In this document: in pieces, positions 54,487-64,000 of the stretch
Layout: each line of letters opens with the position of its first letter
How positions within the stretch are numbered: position 1 is the stretch's first letter
Origin: Eledone cirrhosa
Lineage: Eukaryota
NCBI GenBank assembly: GCA_964016885.1
Contig: OZ024751.1
Coordinates: 53,134,001-53,198,000 of the forward strand
Length of the DNA: 64,000 bases
Reading direction: 5' to 3'
Position numbers and translations under genes: made by a program
Notes under the pieces: generated by a model
The model's database searches: none
What the model saw: the letters and a program-made list of their open reading frames with translations, nothing else
What the model was told of the DNA's origin: nothing

Positions 54487-54960
54487 GTAAATATCTTTAA
54501 GTCGTTTGGAAGCCTCGACAATGCAAATGGGTAACAAGATCCGGTGGTAGAGAGAGAGATGGGTTTTTTTTCCGGGCTGGAGGAAAGGTTGTCTGTCGGA
54601 AAGGTGCGAAACGCGTCCTCCGCTGTTTGTTGTTTTGATATTTAAAACAACAAACAGCGGAGGACGCGTTTCGCACCTTTCCGACAGACAACCTTTCCAC
54701 CACCCCGGAAAAAACCCCCAGTTGATGGATGTGAATCCGAAATATATAGGGACAATTAAATCCCACGGTAACTCTCTCTCTCGTGTTCTTATTTTAATTT
54801 TATCCTGTATACTCTTTCCTTCATTCCTCTACACGTCTCATACACACCACGCATCTCAACGTACACCCACTTACATCTCTCTCTCCACCACCGGATCTTG
54901 TTACCCGGAGATTTACCCATTTGCATTGTCGAGGCTTCCAAACGACTTAAAGATATTTAC
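54487..54960. mobile_element. Nested fold-back element (probably Penelope-derived)
   Basis: Outer arms gtaaatatctttaagtcgtttggaagcc / ggcttccaaacgacttaaagatatttac. Inner hairpin 54565-54715 contains GAAACGCGTC on both arms. Confidence 0.7.
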
Positions 54961-54999
54961 CTATTATTCCACAATGCTTCAAGCAAACTTCAATACTCT

Positions 55000-56091
<1,092 letters not shown>

Positions 56092-57029
56092 CTAACAGAT
56101 ATATTATTCTCAATAAATAGATAACCAACAGCTGTTGTGACTATAAAAGTTGTTACTATTCACAGAAGAATAGGAACAGATACGTGACAGCGATCTAAAT
56201 ACTTTGTCCTCTCACTGTCACTAGTTCAATCCGTGACCAGGTCATCTTAACCTCTAACACAACATACTTGGTGAAAGTAAATACCAATAATAGAGAAAGA
56301 TTGATTTAACCATCAATACAACCTTCACGTCTCTCTCTTTCTCTCCCTCTCTTGCTCTCCCTCCATCTATCTCTCTATTTCACTCCAACCCTCTCTCTAT
56401 CCCCCTTCCTTCCTCTCTCTAACTCTTCCTAATCTCTCCCCCTCTATCTCTCTCTGAATTAAAGTATCTCCATCAAGACCCAATGCCATCACCTGGGCCA
56501 GGAATTGAAACCATCAACTTACGGTCAGGAAGTCCAACACCCTAACTATTAATCCATCGCACCTCTTTACTACAATTTAAATAGCAAACTAATATACATT
56601 AAATAGTACTGAATAATTAACATATAATATTTGATGGGAAACTTTGAAAAATTGTATTGTATTGTTATTAGTCTGGATGCAGACAGGATTTAGTAGTTAA
56701 TCATAGTCTCGCTTTCGAGTCCACTGTGTGCCATCTTGAGCAATTGGCTTTAACGTAACCTAGAATCGCATGAATCCTTTTGTAGGAAATTGTGTTGAGA
56801 CCCGAAGATGAGTTGTGTGTTGCACCTATTTTTTAAAGGCCCGACCATATCATATATTGTATGACGTTAATACGGCGTGGAAATTACGTCAAGGAGAAAT
56901 CTTTTTGTGGAATACTCAGCCACTTAATTCATGAGATGGATACTCAGTTGATCAACCAATCGAATGGTCATCGTAAAAAACAACGCAGTATCGATCATTG
57001 TGATGAGTATAATAATGATTTTTACTGTA

Positions 57030-57195
57030 GGCAAAAGTCCAGCAATTTGGGGGAATAGGGATTAAATCGATGGTGCTTTATTTTACCGACCCCGTAACAT
57101 CGGATGGATTTGAACTCAGAACGTAAAGGGCCGTAACTTTATGCTGCAAAGTATGGTGTCCGACGCTCTACCAATTACTGCTAATCCATTGCCCT
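57030..57195 (-). mobile_element. tRNA-derived SINE (Deu/Nin-type domain)
   Basis: ggatttgaactcagaacgtaaagggccgtaact..gtccgacgctctacc is the reverse complement of the family head. Confidence 0.72.
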
Positions 57196-57334
57196 TATGT
57201 AATTAGTAGAAAAATATATGTGATTTACTGATTAGTATAACATATTTATTTAGTAACTAGTTGTTGTTATGTGACTGCAAGTCAGACCTGTTCAAATAGA
57301 TCTACAGAAGGCATAATGTCTAGATGTGTGTGTT

Positions 57335-57370
<36 letters not shown>

Positions 57371-58412
57371 AGGGAGAGAGAGAGGTAAAGAAGAAGAGAG
57401 AGAGAAAGAGAAAATAAAGACTGATAGACAGAAAGACAGGCAGGCAGACTAACAGACAGACAGGCAAAGAGACAAGTACACAAACCAAATAGACAGATGG
57501 ACAGATAGACAAACAGGCAGATAGATAAATAGACAGAAAAGTTCTCTAAAGATTGATCGGAATTATCTCTCTTGATAGTTATCTCCCTTAACGTCGATGG
57601 ATAGGTGGGGGTATGTGCGTGTGTGCATGTTTAAAATCATATAGGTGATTGATAGAAACATACATGTATATACACGTGAATGGTCAAGAAGGAAATTTAT
57701 TAATAGGAATTTTAATGAAACGCAAAAGATCTAAGGGAAATAACTCTAAATGTTTTATATTTAGAGTTATTTAGTTAATTTAGAGTTATCTCCCTTGGCA
57801 ACTTAATCGTTTGCTTCGTCAATGCTTTTTCCACCTTCGCTGGACACAACTGCGATCCAGCCAACTGTTTTGAGTTTTCCTCTTCTCTGTTTTCTCGCCC
57901 CTTTTATTTATTTATTTAGTTATTCTTTAATTTTATTTATATTTTCGCTCTTAATTTCCCCCTTTTCTCCGTTTGTTAAATAATTCACCAACTAACATAT
58001 ACAGCCAATCATTTTGTCTGAGACCTAAAAACTCGGTCAAATCGTGCCTTTACACGATCTAAAATGTTGCGAGCATTTCAAGTAAACTGACTCCAGCATG
58101 TAACTGGTATTAATTTCATATCTTCAGAATAATGAAAGATAAATTCAAAGACACGTGCGATGTTTACAAGATAAGGTGAGTGAACTACCGGATATAATAT
58201 AGTATATATATTAAATAATTTTCTAACATCCATCGCCCAGCCTGTGGTAACGTGTGGTGACCTGGTGACGTGATGCCGGTGGGGATAGTGAGGACGTGGG
58301 GGCAGTGGTTATGTGGGACCTGCGATGTCTATAGCCCACGTATGCCCATCTCACCAAAACCTTTCCATAAAAATATTGCGATACAATGTAAAATATGTGT
58401 GTGTGTGTATGT

Positions 58413-58486
<74 letters not shown>

Positions 58487-58675
58487 CCGTCTCTAACGCT
58501 CTCCCCTCTCTACATAAATACATATAGTGTATATGTATATATAAAGAGAGAGAGAGAGAGGGGGGTATGTAGTACTGAGACCGAAGAAACCACTAGTCAT
58601 TGGAGTACTAAATTCGTGGGGAGATGCAGAGTGAAACCACTTGGCCTCGCGGTCGGGATTTTACACACCCATCTT

Positions 58676-58756
<81 letters not shown>

Positions 58757-59948
58757 ATAATAATAAATTTGAAGACTAAAATCCAAAGAGGATTTTAAGA
58801 AATATATATATATGCAAAAGTTCTATTTAAATTGTTGGGATACAACAAGCAAATATTTTTATAACTGATATAAAGCACTCGACAAATATTTGGAGTAGAT
58901 ATACGATATTAATAAATGGAAACTATATTTATAAAACCATATTTATTTCATTATATATATATTTCAAGGATACCAAGTTACATTATGGTATGCCTTTATC
59001 AGACAAAATACAACATATAACAGTTTTATAAATAGACATTGACGTACCCCTTTAAAAATTGACCGTTGCTTTTGGAGGCCATCAGGATAGTGGTTTGTTT
59101 ACTTTAGTAAGTCATAGTGTTAAGAGTAAGTAAAAAGATGGAGAGAGTGAAACGTGGAGAAAAGAAAGGGAGAGATAGATAAAGAAAAAGAAGAAAGCGA
59201 AAAGAGAACAGAGGAAAAATAACGGGGAGATATCAAACCATCAGACAGAGAAAAAATCCAGAGAGAGATATATAGAGATAGAGAGAGGGGAGAGAGAACG
59301 AAAACCTTAAGGTTCTATTCCGTGGAGAAGACTTATAACGTCCGTTATTCAAAGTGGCGCTATTGTTAATGAATACCAAATTAATGTAAACTTTAACATT
59401 ATCACCTGCTGTTATGCTTAGGTGGTACCGTTATGTCGCACCCAGAGCAAACTAGTTGCAACCAGTTCAGAAGTTCATTATTTAATGTACCATATATACA
59501 TATGTATGAGGGGTGTATATGGATGCTTATACACAAACGCATATATATATATGTGTGTGTGTGTGTGTGTACATACATACAGAGAGAGAGGGAGAGAGGG
59601 AAGGAGAGAGAGAATGAGAGTGAGAGAAGGAGATGAAATGACACACATAAATTGAGCGACGCTAAAGTTCAGTGTTTATATGAACATATTGTAATATGAA
59701 ATATAAACATTTTAAACAGGTTTGATTACTAACAGTTTGTGTCCGTTAATCTTTAAATACTGTAATATTTTGAATATCAGGCATACAAATCCTTTAACGG
59801 TAGAAATATTTACACACAATCCCCAGGTTTTTCAGAGCTGTTAAAGCATCGGGAAAATATTCTTTACAGTCCTTAATTACAACCTTTTGCATTTTGAGCT
59901 CATATCTCGTCGAGGTCGACGTTCCATTTAATATTTCAGGGATTAATA

Positions 59949-60170
59949 GGGCGGTGGATTGACAGAATCGGTAGAGCGTCGGACACCATGTTTTGCAGCA
60001 TAGAGTTACGGCCCTTTACGTTCTGATTTCAAATCTCGCCGAGGTTAGCTTTGCCTTTCATCCTTACGGGGTCCATAAAATAAAGAACCAGTCACACACT
60101 GGGATCGATTTAATCGACTTTCCCCCATCTTCCCAAAATTTGCTGGCCTCGTACCTAAATCAGGAACCAT
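59949..60170 (+). mobile_element. tRNA-derived SINE (Deu/Nin-type domain), near full length
   Basis: ggcggtggattgacagaatcggtagagcgtcggac head, B-box-like ttcaaatc, tttgcctttcatcc..gggtc.ataaaata core. Confidence 0.8.
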
Positions 60171-61275
60171 TGTTTCAGGGATTAATAAAATATGCTACAA
60201 ATCAGCAACTAAAAGTCGATCTTAATTGATTATACCCATTCGCAAAATTTGAAAACATGTCCTTGACTTCGAAATCAATGCCATAAATTTAGATGGATAC
60301 GGACAGAAATTATATGCAGTGTGGTCTTTTCACACGATTCCTCTGTCCAAGCATATCTAAGACCTATCTATTACTGTAGGTTATTTGACAGTTATAAAAT
60401 GTGTACATAAAGATATTCAACTTACAGGCTTCTTACGTAGCAGCAGGCTTGTTCCTTTATCTCTGTAAAAACTGATAATGCATTCTAATTAACCTGAAAA
60501 GAGAACGGAATTCCATTAAAATAACAATTTATATATTTCATTTCATCTATTTATTGTAACAAGTCAATGATTTGAGGCTTAAAGACACTTTTATACACAC
60601 GCACACACACATATATATAATTTAATATAGCAATGGCTTCTACAGGACAAGAACTGTTTCATTCAAAGGAAAACCCTATGATTTTCTTCGAATGAAACAG
60701 TTCTAGTCCTGTAGAAGCCATTTCTATATTAATTTTGTATATACTCTACTAATGTATTCAGTACTTTACTTACTGTGGTTACCCCCGTTTGTACCCGGGA
60801 CTCTCTTTCTCTCTCTCTCACACACACACACATATATAGTTAGCTATAAAACTTGAGAAGTTGAAACAAAGACAAAGAGTGAGATAAAAATACAAGTAAA
60901 AAAAAAATAAAAGTTTCATTCTATGCTATATGTACTACAGAAACAGTTTAATTTGTTAGAAGTCTTCCTGGAAGATATTGACAGTGACATTCCTTGTTGT
61001 CACATTTATGAATAATCTAACAAGCCAACCTACAAACATTTCCCCAGTTTATGAGCTCTTCAAAAGTTTGTTTAATATAATTGAAAAATACAGACACACC
61101 TCACAACGTTGAAACTATTACTTGGTAGCGGCCATCTTGTATCATTTCATAACATATCAAGATGGCTTTATTTAATGAAATTGTTTGCCTTGGGTGTTTT
61201 CTTTCATGTTCTCTGTTGTTGATCTTTTTGTTAATGTTAATTTTATTTTATGGTTTGTTTTCTATGTTTTTTAGC

Positions 61276-61417
<142 letters not shown>

Positions 61418-61565
61418 TCTTTTATACCCTTTCTCTCTCCATATATATGTGTGGATGTGTGTGTATGGGTGTAGGGAAGACGGACATTAAACTATGATAT
61501 ATATAAATATACATACATAGAGAAAGAAGGCGAGATAGATAGATCGGTTGTAGGTTGGTAGGTAA

Positions 61566-61596
<31 letters not shown>

Positions 61597-61597
61597 A

Positions 61598-62030
61598 CTA
61601 GCAGAAGTACCCGGCGTTGCCCGGGTGTAAGTCGACCTTTGGTTGTTGTTAAAATGTTTGAAAGTTACTTCCCGCGCATCAAAGGTGCAAAAACCTTCGA
61701 ACCTCAAGGAAAAAAACAGAGGTTAGTATACGCAGGTGTGTAATTGAGCATAAATAATGGATCAATTGTAGGTTCACAGTGTATCGTTGAAATTGTTCTT
61801 TGCAAGACTGACGGAAGTCAAATTCACTTGAAATTGAATTTTCAGTTGATTTTTAAAGCAGAGTGAAAAAGTCGATTTTTTCAAATTTTATTTTTTTACA
61901 ATTTTGGCACTCACATGTGCAGAAGAAGAAATAAAAGAGACTTTATCTGAATCGCGGCATAATGGACGAATCATTTGCGACAGTTTTCACGAAAATCGGA
62001 CGTTCCTGTAAAAAATTATCCCATCTGCAA

Positions 62031-62073
<43 letters not shown>

Positions 62074-62301
62074 TATATATATATGTATATATATATGTAT
62101 ATATATATGTATATATATATGTATATATATATGTATTTGTGTATATATATATATGTATATATATATATATGTATATATACATCTATATATATATATAGAG
62201 AGAGAGATTCCTGATGATTTCTAAAGAATGAAACAGTTCTAGTCCTGTAGAATCTCATCTATATATATATATATATATGTATATACACATACACACATAC
62301 A

Positions 62302-62383
<82 letters not shown>

Positions 62384-62844
62384 CACACTCACATATATAT
62401 ATATACACACACATACATATACACACACATATAATTATATATATATACACACATACATATATTTATAACTATATATGTGTGTGTTTATCTATCTATGTAT
62501 TTTAACAGCAGGCGTGGCGGCGCCAGTGAGGTGGAAGAGAGGGAATTAGAGTAAATTAGAGTTGTCGTGATTTTTGCCTCTGGTGATCGAATTATCGATT
62601 TTTCGAAAATTTAATGTAGCGCACGTTTATCCCCGTATCAAAATACGCACTTGCGTCGAGTTTCATCGATTTTTGAAAATATCGATTTTTGGCTTCTGGG
62701 GTCCCGATTATCGATTTTTCGAAATTTTCAAGTAGCCTATTCCACTCTACGCGTTGAGTTTTATATATCTGTGAGGTTTCATGAAAATTGGATGAACGGT
62801 GTAGCATGCAAGTTCGACACACTAAACAATGCCCATCTTCACTT

Positions 62845-62850
<6 letters not shown>
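61598..62850 (-). mobile_element. Non-autonomous Helitron-like element with internal microsatellites
   Basis: The minus-strand 3' end reads acccgggcaacgccgggt (hairpin, 61609-61626) then acttctgCTAG, inserted in an AT tract. The other end is near 62850 (tatatataaagtgaag). Confidence 0.7.
62205..62255 (+). ncRNA. Type I hammerhead ribozyme motif (isolated copy in microsatellite)
   Basis: Identical to 53634-53684, flanked by (AG)n and (TA)n. Confidence 0.62.
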
Positions 62851-63470
<620 letters not shown>

Positions 63471-63554
63471 TAAATACATTATTTCCAAGAATATGAATGT
63501 CTGAAACCAAAGGTGAAAGTTAAAATTATTATATCATCAATGTCTTTAACTTTA

Positions 63555-63629
<75 letters not shown>

Positions 63630-64000
63630 AAGAGGGGGGATAAGAACAGAATCTGTTGTAGGTTTCATGGGCGATTAAAAGGACACAGAGATCCATTGTA
63701 TGTCACACCATATCAACATTAAAATAAAAATGGACAAACATGAATCGAACTAAGCCTCTTTTGATCACCGAGATACCTTGCTATTTTATTATGTATTTTC
63801 ACTCTGCAGCAACGTCCATAAAATATTTACGGTCTTTATATAAGACTTTGTTCTTTTTTCTATTGTTTTTTCGTACTGCTTATTTCCGGATATGTTCAAT
63901 GAAAGGCGGAAAAATTACCCAAATTTAATTTAGTCTTCTTTGCTAAAGAATTTGTTTATTTAATATTAACTTTCAGTTCATTTCTACACAGTGTCTAAAT

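Overview
AT-rich animal genomic DNA, dense in microsatellites and repeats. The repeat landscape (RTE LINEs, tRNA-derived SINEs, very long (TA)n arrays) best fits an octopod cephalopod, which is an inference. Two host genes are supported. The first is the last 8 coding exons (1753-8748, +) of a monofunctional peptidylglycine alpha-hydroxylating monooxygenase. The second is a single long ORF (43154-40350, -) encoding a polyQ/polyP protein with a degenerate TRIM-like RING/B-box module. Between them, a roughly 9.5 kb nest of transposons holds a complete, compact 4.04 kb Gypsy-type LTR element and a Merlin-type DNA transposon derivative, plus RTE and CRE fragments. The LTR element has a 5-bp TSD, a -1 frameshift signal and an unusual PBS matching the 5' end of tRNA-Phe. 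The right half carries several long fold-back elements, three identical hammerhead-ribozyme motifs, and Helitron and CR1 remnants. Most ORFs in the supplied track are microsatellite artefacts.
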